Shown here: one piece after another, positions 21,454-32,417 of the stretch | Layout: every line of letters begins with the position of its first letter | Position numbering within the stretch: the stretch's first letter is position 1 | Assembly: GCA_027923505.1 (NCBI GenBank) | Contig: BROI01000012.1 | Span: 434,001-498,000 of the forward strand | Source of the DNA: Mayamaea pseudoterrestris | Taxonomy: Eukaryota | DNA: 64,000 bases | Direction: 5' to 3' | Made by a program: the position numbers and the translations under genes | Notes under the pieces: generated by a model | Databases searched by the model: none | The model's input: only the letters and a program-made list of their open reading frames with translations | Told to the model about the DNA's origin: nothing

Positions 21454-24360
21454 CTATGTTAACTGAATGGAATGGGCGTCATCATGCGCATTATCTTCTT
21501 CCCTGTCGGTCCGCCGATTTGCTGGCTCACGAACTCCGCCCCGTATGAAGAAAGCGATTATAAGAGTCGCAGCAAGACCAACCGAGAGTGCCACAAGGTT
21601 TACTGTAGGGAGAGTATCAAGGCGAAACGATAATGTATGCGCTGATCCCAAACCGTTCTCGTCCAATAGAAAGCTAGTTTCGTCAAAAATGTTTCGGCAC
21701 ATGGATGTCATCAGCGGACAATTACTTCCACCGCCGCGTTCAAACCCCCACACAACCGACTCCAAGCAGTTGACATACTTCCAACCCCAGCCGTTATTTA
21801 CCAAATCCATCGAGTCAGTTGGGTATGTGCTAATGGCAGTGCAACTCGACTGGCAAGACTTTGCAGTCAAATGATAATCATCAGCACATCCACTCTCTTC
21901 CCAAATTTTACAAGCGGCTTCGCATGCCGCGACGTATGCCTGTCCTGCGCGATCCGACTTGATAAGCGCGCAAAGACTTTGCTCTTGGTCCGCTCGACAA
22001 TCGACTTGTTCTCCAATGCCGACCCATGATTCCATATTATTGTCAATGATGTAATGTGTTTCGTCGTTTGGCCCGATAAACTTGAGATCGTCAAGCGCTA
22101 TGGTAAATTTAATCGTCGTCGACTGACCAGGCTCGAGGTATACCTTTTCAAATGCGCGCAGTCGCTTTGTTTCAGGTGTTGTGATTCGATATTCGTCAAA
22201 GGTAAAGACAAGCACCGTATGTGCTCCGGCCAGCGATCCAGTATTTTTCACCGAAAGCGATACTTCGAGATCTTTGTCAATGCCACCTGACACTTTCAAT
22301 CCAGAGTAAGCAAACGTAGTGTAACTCAATCCATGTCCAAATGGCCACTGGACTTCACATGGCACATATTCCCAATGTGGCAACGTTCCTTCACCCATTG
22401 TGCATAGATCCGACACGGCGTGAAAATAAGGAATACCACCACCATCTTCGTACATGGGATATGTAATTGGGAGTCGGCCACTTGGGTTGACGCGATTAGT
22501 GATGATGTCGGCAATTGCTTGGCCGGCACTTGGACCGGGCAGGAAAGCAACCATAACAGCATCTGAAAGCTCCACCATATCACCAATCAGCCTAGGTCGA
22601 CCGCCAAAGTAAACCAGCACAATCTTCGCCATTGAAACGCTTTCACGCAGCTGTTGGACTAGCTCGTACTGGCCCTGTGGCAACCGAAGCGATCGAATAT
22701 CTCCAGGCTTTTCCGTCGACGCCTCCTCGCCGACGCACACAACAATCACATCAACGCCTTGCGCCTCGTCGATAGCACGAGCAACTGAATCTTGTGATGA
22801 CCCAATGCCAGCCCATTCTTCTACTTGTTCAATCACTCCTGCTGCCGACTCATCTTCGTCCTCGTCTTGGCAATTTCCTCCCAAAATGTCGGTTCCGCAA
22901 CTATACGAAACGTCCCAACTAGCTTCGTGCGAAAGCCCGTCAAGCACAGTTGAGCCATACGTGAACCATTCCTGCTCATTCGGTGCTCCCTGCCACTGCC
23001 CGGTCCATGCACCCGATTGGTAAATAAGTGAGTTAGCCGTCGGTCCCGTTACAAGTATTCGAAGGCGCGTAGAATTATCGGTTGAAAGTGGCAGTATATT
23101 CTCTTCATTCTTGGTCAGTACGATAGATTGCCGAACCATGTCTAGCACACTACGTTCATCAGTCCCCACCAAATCTATGTTGGGATCGTCTTCCTCCAAA
23201 ATTTCGTCAAACATGTTCAAGTCTTGTTTTAGTCGAAGGACCCGCAGTACACTTTGATCGACTCGCTCCTCACTGAGCAAGTGTTTCTTCACGCCATGCA
23301 CAATCGCATCAGCAAACACATCATAGTCCCATGGTATCATGCTCATGTCGACCGACGCTTGTCGATAGCTGGACAGTACCGCATTCTGATCGGAATCAAC
23401 AGTCTTGTGAAAGCTGGCAAGGTTAAACATTTCGGAGTAGTCCGTCACCACAACGCCGTCAAACTTTAAACGCTGTCGCAGCAAGTAATCGAGTGACTGG
23501 TGGTTCTGCACATTTGGAACACCATCATAGTCATTGTAACTCTCCATGACGGTGAGTGCTTCCAAGTGTTTCCAAGCCGGTACAAAGTATTGATATAAGT
23601 GTCGCGTCGGAATCCAACTGGGACTCCGGTCATGTCCGTCTCGTGGCATGCTGTAGCCTATGAAATGCTTGGCGCAAGCAGCCGCCCGGCTCGGAGTTGA
23701 GTTTGTACTACTGCTACTGGTTGATGGCTCCTGAATACCTCTAATCATGGCATTGCCAAGAATTCTGGCGAGAATGGGGTCCTCTCCAAAGATTTCAAAG
23801 ACTCTACTCCACCTTGGTTCAAGCGCAATTCCCAGCAACGGACTAAAGAGCCAATTGATGCCGGCGGCCCTCGTATCGCGACTCGCTAGCAAGCCAGCTT
23901 GATAGGCAGTCGTCACGTTAAAGGTTGCTCCAATGTTGATTGGCTGCGGCGCAAGAATGGCGCCGTGAACGTAGTTCGCGCCATGCACACTATCCAGTCC
24001 CCAAATGACTGGCGGTCGACGATACTTTGCTGCGACTTGCTGGAGTCGCATGGCAATCTGTCGGTATTCCAGTGCCGTGGTAGGCTTGGAAAAGGTGTTT
24101 AACACCGATCCAATTCCCTTGACGCCAATGTAGTAGTCGACAGCAGTCTCGTTGATCACGAGCTTGTTCTTCTTCTCATCGACATTTACGAGCATATTGA
24201 TTTCTATCTGAGACAGCTGACCAATTTTTTCTTCCAACGACATGCTTTTTAGTAGCTCCAAAGCAAAGTCGGGCAAGGGTGAAGCTGAGGTTTGGCGAGA
24301 GTGGTTCGGCCGGTCTCGGTCTCGGCCATGACTGCCGTCTGGATCTGGCTGTCGGAGCAT
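21454..24360 (-). CDS. GH3 beta-glucosidase with Fn3-like domain and C-terminal TM anchor
   Basis: MSLEEKIGQL, GLDSVHG, FGEDP, CAKHF, VVVTDY nucleophile, NPSGRLPITYP, PFGHGLSYTTF and LRAFEKV. TM segment near the C-terminus. The 5' end is uncertain. Confidence 0.93.
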   Translation of the reverse strand: MLRQPDPDGSHGRDRDRPNHSRQTSASPLPDFALELLKSMSLEEKIGQLSQIEINMLVNVDEKKNKLVINETAVDYYIGVKGIGSVLNTFSKPTTALEYRQIAMRLQQVAAKYRRPPVIWGLDSVHGANYVHGAILAPQPINIGATFNVTTAYQAGLLASRDTRAAGINWLFSPLLGIALEPRWSRVFEIFGEDPILARILGNAMIRGIQEPSTSSSSTNSTPSRAAACAKHFIGYSMPRDGHDRSPSWIPTRHLYQYFVPAWKHLEALTVMESYNDYDGVPNVQNHQSLDYLLRQRLKFDGVVVTDYSEMFNLASFHKTVDSDQNAVLSSYRQASVDMSMIPWDYDVFADAIVHGVKKHLLSEERVDQSVLRVLRLKQDLNMFDEILEEDDPNIDLVGTDERSVLDMVRQSIVLTKNEENILPLSTDNSTRLRILVTGPTANSLIYQSGAWTGQWQGAPNEQEWFTYGSTVLDGLSHEASWDVSYSCGTDILGGNCQDEDEDESAAGVIEQVEEWAGIGSSQDSVARAIDEAQGVDVIVVCVGEEASTEKPGDIRSLRLPQGQYELVQQLRESVSMAKIVLVYFGGRPRLIGDMVELSDAVMVAFLPGPSAGQAIADIITNRVNPSGRLPITYPMYEDGGGIPYFHAVSDLCTMGEGTLPHWEYVPCEVQWPFGHGLSYTTFAYSGLKVSGGIDKDLEVSLSVKNTGSLAGAHTVLVFTFDEYRITTPETKRLRAFEKVYLEPGQSTTIKFTIALDDLKFIGPNDETHYIIDNNMESWVGIGEQVDCRADQEQSLCALIKSDRAGQAYVAACEAACKIWEESGCADDYHLTAKSCQSSCTAISTYPTDSMDLVNNGWGWKYVNCLESVVWGFERGGGSNCPLMTSMCRNIFDETSFLLDENGLGSAHTLSFRLDTLPTVNLVALSVGLAATLIIAFFIRGGVREPANRRTDREEDNAHDDAHSIQLT

Positions 24361-24934
24361 GGCACGACGTTGCTCAAACGGTAAGTTCTAGTTATCAGAC
24401 GAACTCTCTTGTTATGCTAATGATACGCTTTAACGGATGAAGTGAAGCAGCGGCACCGAAACCATTCGAATCCAATGTCGGCACCTTCCATGGCGGAGGA
24501 TCCATCAATCGAAGTGAACATTAGGGCTTATGTATAAATGCAGGGTCTTCACTCCCGTTTAACATATATATACTTACGCCTTGATGACTTGTTTTCCCTC
24601 TCTTGGTTGTGAATACATTCACCCTCATCTCACCGGTTCTGAACCGCTTCACTTTTTCGAAGACTTGCATTACAACACAACCATGGGGTCGCAGTTCATT
24701 CATTTGTTTGCATGTAAACTCCACTTTAACACTCGTAAATTTGGTTTCGAATGACTTGGATTTTCAAGCAATGGCTCGTGAGAGAGAACAGTGGCGGTGC
24801 GCCGTGCGCCGAGGATCAGACTCGTCTAATGCACATCATGCTAATCAGCATTGACTGACATTGATCAAGCATTTATCTCGTGCTTGACGAAGGAACACGT
24901 AATCAAACAAGTAAACAGAGGACTAGCTGAAGAT

Positions 24935-26882
24935 ATGGATTTGTTTGGAAGCGAATCAATTTCAGATCTATCATGCATCACCTTGTCATCGTTCGACGAT
25001 AGCCATAATCGCGAATCTTTGTCATCGCCGACGACGCCAATTGCTGCCGCAAACAACGAGGAAAGCGATGATCGAAAGTCACTCATGGGCAAGGATGGCT
25101 TTTTCGAGATATTTGATACAGGTATGGATTCAGAAGTGTTGATTCGTACTTTGTTCTGTCGTCTTGAGTCTTGACCATGCTCCATATTGCATTTCCTTGT
25201 CTCGCGCAGACCTCCTGAATGGGCAGCACGATGAAGGCGACTATAACAATACTCGTATCGACTACTTGATACGCAAGGCCGAGAGACGATTTCATAAAGC
25301 TAGTTTAAGCATGTTGGATGATGTCATGCGGAAAGGAGCAGTTCATGATATCCTCCAAAACTTGCACCAAGTCTTGCTTATTCACAGTCAATGCAGAGGC
25401 AGTCGAAACGATTGTAAACAAGAGCAGGTGTATCGATCGACGCTAGATCATTCTCAAGCCGTTCAAGTGTCCATTCTTTGTCGAACCTTACAGCTATTGG
25501 TGCGCTGTCGTGACCATGCATTGAAGACGGCCATGACTAGTCATAAAGTGTACAATCAATTAAAACGCTGCTGCTTGCCTCGCGTCCTTTCCATTTACGC
25601 TTCCTCGACTGCATGTCCGCTCGAGACTAATATACGTGTGCAGACAATCAACAGCTGCCTAGAGATCCTTCGACGTGCGAATCAGTACATGCCAGCAGCG
25701 TCCGTCGTCCCGCTTGTGCACGCCCTGGCCAGACTCCTTGAACCCCGTCTTGAACTTGGTTGCGATGTTCGCATCAGTGCTGCCGGCGCAATCGCACGAT
25801 GCTTGGATGGTGCGAGGAACCACCGAGAAAGACAAGTGTTGCTGGAACTTATTCTGGACGAGTATTCTACTGCTGTGATTTCCGTTCTCAGTACGGCCGC
25901 CTTGGTGGTGACGGATGATTTACTTGACGATTGCTTGATTGGTCTTTGCCGACTGACCAAACACACAGCGCTTTGCGCCAAGGTGGCCCGACGCCGATGC
26001 GCCCTCTTGGCTATGCGACAACATGTTACTCACAATGATGTAAATATTCGAATCAAAGCTGTCGCCTTGTGTCGAGCTGTATTGAATGAGTCAAGCGGCA
26101 ACCTTGACAAGAATCCAGAAACAAGCCAAGAGACGGAAAGTATGCTTGTCGCGACGCTCATTCGTGCCTCTATGGAAGAGATTGATGCATCATTGAAGCT
26201 GCAAATCATTGAGACTCTTCGAACACCGCTTGTGATTCGGAAAGACTTTAGCCACAAAGCAAGTATTATGCGTACTTTGTGCTACCATTCCAAAGCGCCC
26301 AGTACGGACCCCAAAATTGTTATTCAGACGAGTCTGTTCTATTTGCAAGCCGCAAACACCTGGCCGCTTGACGAAGAGGTTGCCGTCAATATTGTGAGAT
26401 ACCTTTCCAGTCCATACACCCCGGTCCGACTCGCTGCTATTCAGAACTTGAATGATTTAACATTTTGGTATCCAATGGCGGCAAACTGTTTAATTGCCGA
26501 GACTGACTTTTTTAACGCCATGTGCCGCTTGCTCACTCATGGATCCACGGCGGAATTGACGTGTGCCATGGCCGTCTGCGAGCAGATTATGGCTGACACG
26601 AAAGTTCATATTCGCATTTGTCAACATACAGCTCTCTTGACAGCCTTGGCCAATTTAGTTACCACTGATCATGTCACTCGTCGAGGGGTGTATACCAAAG
26701 CGGTGAATATTTTGTTGGAGATAATGTCCGGCGAAGATGCGAACTTGCAGTGCTTCAAGCACCAGCCCAAAGTTTTGCCGTGGTTAGTTCGTTTTGCAAA
26801 TCGGACGACGGATGACGATGAACTAAAGCGCAAGGTTGTTAGCTCTATTGTTCGCTTGTCGACCATGTTGTTAAATGATTAG
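24935..26882 (+). CDS. Hypothetical alpha-solenoid (ARM/HEAT-like) protein; two exons
   Basis: Intron 25122-25209 (GTATG...GCAG) joins the 24851 and 25164 ORFs in frame. Leu/Ala-rich helical repeats such as DVRISAAGAIARCL and VRLAAIQNLNDL. Confidence 0.65.
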
Positions 26883-26978
26883 AAGCGCTTGTATAAACCA
26901 AAAGCAATGAGCTAATGATATTAACGCCATTACTTATCTACTGCATGCAGAACGAGCCATTTTTTCTATTGCTCGTTA

Positions 26979-29471
26979 TCAATTACGGTCCGCCAGCACA
27001 GCCTTGGCCACTCGCTTCGCTCCATAAGGCGTCAGACGCATATTCCCCATAGTTGCCGTTCCCGTCGTAATCTCGTGGAAGAATGGTGTTTCACAAAACT
27101 CTGTTTCATCGCGACTCGCTTGGAACATTCGTGGTCGCAAGTTGTACGGAACCGGCAAGTGAATAAGTCGGGTAGTCTTGGCGCGTGCCGCGGCCACACC
27201 CAGACCACGCCGACAGGTACACTCGTGTGGCTTCCAGCAGTATACCCGGTCGGTCTTTTTGTTGCCTTGAAGCCGGCTCGTGAACAGAACGCCGAGCTCA
27301 AAATTGGCATACTTTAACGTGTCATCGGTGGGTATTTCTTCATTCTCCAATCGCCCTTGCGCACCACGCGAAAGACTTCCGCTCGTCAAGAGAAACCAAG
27401 AAAAAAGCTCCTGCGACTTAATAAAGTTAAAAGATTGGCGTAGTGTATATTCGTTACCTTCAAAAACTCTCGCAATGCTCTTAATGTGAGGCGTGAGCAG
27501 TTTTATTCTCTGCGGCGGATAGCTGGCTTCGAACATCGCCATTTGCGACAGAATGGCATGCTCATAGGAGTTAAATGTTTTGGACGACATGAAAAGGAAA
27601 TTCCCAAACCGGGTACGGTCCTCCGCGTCAAAGAATGGCTCGTCCGCCACGTTGGAAACCGTCCGAATGTTGGCTGACGCGACGAAAGTGTATGCCTCGT
27701 TGGCCGTTCGCACAATATTAGAGGTTGACGTCAAAACATGTTCAGCCTTTGTCGCAATCGCTTTGCGTTTTCGCTGCTCCAGCGAGGTTCTCAGTGGCGA
27801 TGATTGTTGCGTTAGCTGTGGTACTTGGCGAATTGCTATTTCTGATGGGTCCGATCGCTCCAGCTCAAAGGCACCAACTTTTTGCATCCACTGATGCGTC
27901 GGCCAAAGGATCCGTAGTCGTTCCATCAACGTACCGCGACGTTTGCCTGCTTGCTCAGTGGAAGTACGACTATCGTCATCATGGTGCAGATAGGAACGCA
28001 CGAGCATGGCCATGTTGAGCGCGTTCCAATCGCTGCCCAAACTTGTAGGCTGAACAACAAGCCGATCTTCGACCGAAAGCAAACATCGCGGCAGCCAACA
28101 AAAAGCCGCCGATGTTGACAATTGATGCAATATTTGAGCAACTCTTTGTCGCCCATACAGTAGATTGTGTGATGCGGCTGGTCCAGAGTGTCGCTGTCTT
28201 CCTACGTGTACTCCAGGAACCGTCCCCACCAAGTGCACTTGGGCATTTCTATAGTCAAAGCGGCCTGCCAAGTCGGAGCATCCTCGCCAATGCAAATGTC
28301 GACGCAAGAAGCCTAGTGGTGTCAGCTGATTCTGTCGACAGGCCAGTGTCTGCTGCTGCAGAAAATCTGCCAAGACCAAACCAAAGTCGGTGCATGGTGG
28401 CAATGGAGCAGCAGATGTTGCTGTAGCGTCGATTGTTGCGTTTGTATCCATTGGTGGAAATCGCTGCACCCAACTCGCGTCCATGGCGCACGGTTTGGTC
28501 AAATTGGCCGTTGACACTAAGACTAAAACACTTCCCGACGTTTCAAAGAGTATCATGTACTTTGGGTGATGCACGCCGGCTCCGCCAGGCAGTCTGCGAT
28601 CAATGACAGCCTGCGAAACGCAACCATTCTTGTCAATCAATGGCGCTGCCATGGAGCGTAGACTCGCCAATGTCATTGGCGTAACAAAGGACGACAAGAC
28701 TTGTGTCAAATAGACGGAATCAGGGAGTAAATGTGGTGACTCCGGCCGCGATGGGTTGATTTCGTTATCATCGTTGCCTTCAAACTCCTGATTAATGCCG
28801 GGTTGCGTGCAGAGCGAGTCATGGTCGTCGTCGTCATCAGCTATGTCATTCGAAGACTTGTCTCTCGTTAATTTTGACTCGTCGGCCGCGACAAAGTCGT
28901 CCTCAAAAAGGTCATGGTGTGAACAAGAGGACTCGTCGCCGCAAGCATCGTCTTCGTTACCTTGCTTTCCATGGTCAACATCGCAGTTGCGTTCTCTTCC
29001 TCCTCCTCTTCGCTGTCCATGCAGAATGAGCGTCGGAACCGTTGCATCTGGTCCAAAGAGCGACGGAAACTCCAATGGGAGCCAACGACTAGTTGCTGTC
29101 GGTTTGGATGAAGCATGACTGTGGATGTTTGCATCAATGGAAAATGTTGCAATGATGGCAGCCTTCAAGTCTAACGAGGCAACCAATTTGCTCCGATCCA
29201 ATAGAGGCGGAGCTTGTCGACTTCCGCAAGTACATTTAAATGAATCATCGTAGTCATTATTGTGGCTAGCTGATAGTTGTTGGCGTGTTGAAGATGAAGA
29301 GTATTGATCATCACTACTGTCGTTGTCGTCATGAACACTCGTCGTCAAGTAGAATCGATCCGCGTAAAAGTCGTGTCCATCTACAGTAATGAATGGGACT
29401 TCTGATAAATTCGGTTTGCTTCGAGACTGTTTCGTACGTTCATCACCATGCTGTCGGAATCGCTTGGGCAT
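26979..29471 (-). CDS. TDP1: Tyrosyl-DNA phosphodiesterase 1-like protein
   Basis: Two HxK catalytic motifs (GVHHPKY..STANL; PHIKS), QPTSLGS, WFLLTS.SLS..AQG, NFELGVLF, LPVPY. Confidence 0.85.
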   Translation of the reverse strand: MPKRFRQHGDERTKQSRSKPNLSEVPFITVDGHDFYADRFYLTTSVHDDNDSSDDQYSSSSTRQQLSASHNNDYDDSFKCTCGSRQAPPLLDRSKLVASLDLKAAIIATFSIDANIHSHASSKPTATSRWLPLEFPSLFGPDATVPTLILHGQRRGGGRERNCDVDHGKQGNEDDACGDESSCSHHDLFEDDFVAADESKLTRDKSSNDIADDDDDHDSLCTQPGINQEFEGNDDNEINPSRPESPHLLPDSVYLTQVLSSFVTPMTLASLRSMAAPLIDKNGCVSQAVIDRRLPGGAGVHHPKYMILFETSGSVLVLVSTANLTKPCAMDASWVQRFPPMDTNATIDATATSAAPLPPCTDFGLVLADFLQQQTLACRQNQLTPLGFLRRHLHWRGCSDLAGRFDYRNAQVHLVGTVPGVHVGRQRHSGPAASHNLLYGRQRVAQILHQLSTSAAFCWLPRCLLSVEDRLVVQPTSLGSDWNALNMAMLVRSYLHHDDDSRTSTEQAGKRRGTLMERLRILWPTHQWMQKVGAFELERSDPSEIAIRQVPQLTQQSSPLRTSLEQRKRKAIATKAEHVLTSTSNIVRTANEAYTFVASANIRTVSNVADEPFFDAEDRTRFGNFLFMSSKTFNSYEHAILSQMAMFEASYPPQRIKLLTPHIKSIARVFEGNEYTLRQSFNFIKSQELFSWFLLTSGSLSRGAQGRLENEEIPTDDTLKYANFELGVLFTSRLQGNKKTDRVYCWKPHECTCRRGLGVAAARAKTTRLIHLPVPYNLRPRMFQASRDETEFCETPFFHEITTGTATMGNMRLTPYGAKRVAKAVLADRN

Positions 29472-29978
29472 GTTTTGGCGTGCCGAATGGAGAGTGCGTT
29501 GATATGTGTATGTGACTGACAGTGAAAAAGGCAGTCGCCAGTCGCCAAGTACCTAATCAATCCGGCAATGATTTGAAACAGAAGTCAACTAAGATATTCG
29601 ACTCTGTATCTGTTCCTCGAAACGACGACGAAGGAGACGGTCAGTTCGGCTCGTCAAAAACTGGGGCCGACGGCCGCCATGGTCGTCGGAACCAAGGTCA
29701 AAACCAGTGTGACCAAGATTAACTGTTGCAGTAAGCGACACTGAAAAGACAAATATCTGACGTTGACAGATGAGTTCGATGATCGACGAACCCGGTCGAA
29801 TCCATCCACCATGAACCCCGGTGCTGCGGCGTGACAAGAGGACCGAGCCTTCTCAATAATTAACGACAACGCCATTGTCAAACGGTAAGATAAAAGCATA
29901 ATACTTTGCTGATATTTTTAGCCGACTCATAATAATCTACGAGCAAGAGCAGCAATCAAGCGATCAAGCAAGAGCATC

Positions 29979-31637
29979 ATGTCAAAATCACTCGAAGAGC
30001 TCTCGAGCGCTTCTGCTCTTTCATCCTTCATTTCGTCGCATTCCGCCTGCATTGTTACATTCTCTGCAACTTGGTGCGGACCTTGTCAAGCTTCTCGTCC
30101 TGCTCTAGAAGAGCTTGCCAAGCGTTCAGCGAGTATTCCCATTGCGCTCATCTACGAACATAATTTGCAAGCAGAAGGATTGGCCGCGTACAATGTCAGA
30201 GCCTTTCCAACGCATGTCATGTTTGGACAAGGCGAGGAGATGGAACGCGTCGTTGGAGCAAACATGCAAGGAATAGAAGCCATGATGGCCAAGGCGCCAG
30301 TCGGCATGCCTGCTACTGGAGGAGCAACCTTGGGCGGAAGCGGCGGAATTCAATTGACACCAGAGCAGGCACGCTTGCAGCGACTGGCGGCCTTGGGAGC
30401 AGCTGCTGAAAACACTGAAGTAAAGTCGACGGAAGACATCGTCATGAAGGATGCTGCTACTGCTGCCGCCGACGAATCGCCTGCGAGCAAGGAGGATGGA
30501 CCAGACGCCATGGATACTACTACGACGGATGAAGCAGCATCCGACACACCTACAGTTGACCCGACAACTACATGCAACGAACAAGCATTAAAGACGTTGA
30601 CGGAGGAAATGGGCTTTTCTTTGCTACGCGCTCAAAAGGGACTCTTGTACAGCCATAAAAACACGGTGGAAGCTGCCATTGAGTGGCTCACGGCTCATCA
30701 GGATGATCTTGACATTGACGCGCCCATTGACAGGACAATATGCGCACCGGCCACACCAATGTCTTACAAATGCAATACCTGCGGAAAAGTCTTGTCCAGT
30801 CTAGCCAATTTGGAGCTTCACGCCAACAAGACGGGTCATTCAGACTTTGAAGAATCGACGGAGAATGCGCCAGTCTTGACGCCGGAACAAAAGGCGGCCA
30901 AGATTGCCGAAATCAAAGACTTGCTAAAGAAGAAGCGCGCCGAGCGTTTGGCAGCCGAGCAAGTCGACGAGATTGAGCGCGAACGTCTTCGTCGATTGGA
31001 TGGGGCCAATATGCGCATGACCAAGGAGCAGCATGAGATTGAGCAGCGCAAGCGTGACGCCTATTTGCGGCAAAAGGAAAAGCAAGCGTTTGCAAAAGAG
31101 CGGGCTCGCATCAAGGCGGAACTGGAAAAGGACAAGCTGGAGCGACAAGCGAACAAGGGGAAGCTCAAGAGCAAGCTGGGAGTGGAAGGCTACCATCCGG
31201 ATGCCATTCAGTATGACGTTGATCCAACTATTTCTGCTCTACCTGCGGCTGGTCGAGTCGAGGACGTGGTGGCCACAGGATCGGAGCAAAAGAAACCCAA
31301 AGTTGCTAGTGCAACCAAGATTGGCGAGTACATTGACAAGGTGTCGAGCTATCGCGCGGGCGGCGACGGTGGCAAGTGCCTCAAGGTTTTGCTAGCCTAC
31401 ATTGGCAATGTCGTGGACCATCCAGACGAAGCCAAGTATCGTACCATCAACATGGATAATAAGGTTTTCAAAACCAAGGTCAAGGGACTGATTGGTGCTA
31501 AGCAGCTGCTTTTGGCCGTTGGCTTTGAGCCATCAAAGACTAATGCGGATGCTTTGGAATTAGCCGAAGAGGCTGACGCTGCGCTCTTGACGGAAACCAA
31601 GACGAAGCTACAGGCAGCCTTGGAACGTTACGGATAA
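29979..31637 (+). CDS. Thioredoxin-UBA-C2H2 zinc finger-coiled coil-PUB domain protein (p97/CDC48 cofactor-like)
   Basis: FSATWCGPC; EMGFS..RAQKGL...EAAIEWL (UBA); CNTCGK...HANKTGH; NVVDHPDEAKYRTIN...LLAVGF (PUB). Confidence 0.85.
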   Translation: MSKSLEELSSASALSSFISSHSACIVTFSATWCGPCQASRPALEELAKRSASIPIALIYEHNLQAEGLAAYNVRAFPTHVMFGQGEEMERVVGANMQGIEAMMAKAPVGMPATGGATLGGSGGIQLTPEQARLQRLAALGAAAENTEVKSTEDIVMKDAATAAADESPASKEDGPDAMDTTTTDEAASDTPTVDPTTTCNEQALKTLTEEMGFSLLRAQKGLLYSHKNTVEAAIEWLTAHQDDLDIDAPIDRTICAPATPMSYKCNTCGKVLSSLANLELHANKTGHSDFEESTENAPVLTPEQKAAKIAEIKDLLKKKRAERLAAEQVDEIERERLRRLDGANMRMTKEQHEIEQRKRDAYLRQKEKQAFAKERARIKAELEKDKLERQANKGKLKSKLGVEGYHPDAIQYDVDPTISALPAAGRVEDVVATGSEQKKPKVASATKIGEYIDKVSSYRAGGDGGKCLKVLLAYIGNVVDHPDEAKYRTINMDNKVFKTKVKGLIGAKQLLLAVGFEPSKTNADALELAEEADAALLTETKTKLQAALERYG

Positions 31638-32417
31638 ACCGTAGTGAGACCTTAAGCGAAGAGTAGAACGATCAAACTACTACCGTATTTCATGGTTGTA
31701 GTGAGTCCGACACTTTACGTTATCGCTCATAACATTCGTTACAAATCACATGAATTGCAGTAAATTAATCCTAGGAAACTGTGAGGGAGTACACAACAAG
31801 GTAGCCACATTTTTATTAGAACACCAAGTAAACACAAGCATCTCAAAGTTTAGTCTCAAATCAGTGTTCTATGGTACCAGTCACTGTTACAGCAGTAATT
31901 AGTTTAGGTGTGGTTCATTCCGCTCATATTATCGGGGCAACAACTATGATCCATTGAGCGGCATGCAGTGCTTGATGAAAACGAACACTGAAATGATTGA
32001 TACGCTTCTTGATGACGCCATGAGATGGATTATTGTAGAACGAGATTGAGGTGGAGTATCAATACGTTAAGTGCTTCTCCACGACTCGTCCTCCCTTAGG
32101 TCGATTTCAAAGCGCGAGACGGAAAAGATTGCGAGTGATATTCGCAAAGACAGCGTCAATTCAAGTCAGCTGCACCGCTGCCTCGATCGTAGTGTGAACA
32201 CCCTGAGAACCCAACGTCTTCCCAGCACCACTGCCGCAACGAAGGAGCAAGGGCCGTCGCTGAATTTGAAGAATTTACTTTTCGAACATTTTTTTTAACT
32301 AGCATTGAGTTTCGGTCCGCCGTGTCGGCGAATTCGCTAGTTGAGTGGCCTGAGCGTCACGGATTCCACATCGAGCGTCCGTCCTAAAGTACTTTTCCAA
32401 CGCGATAAGTTTCAATA

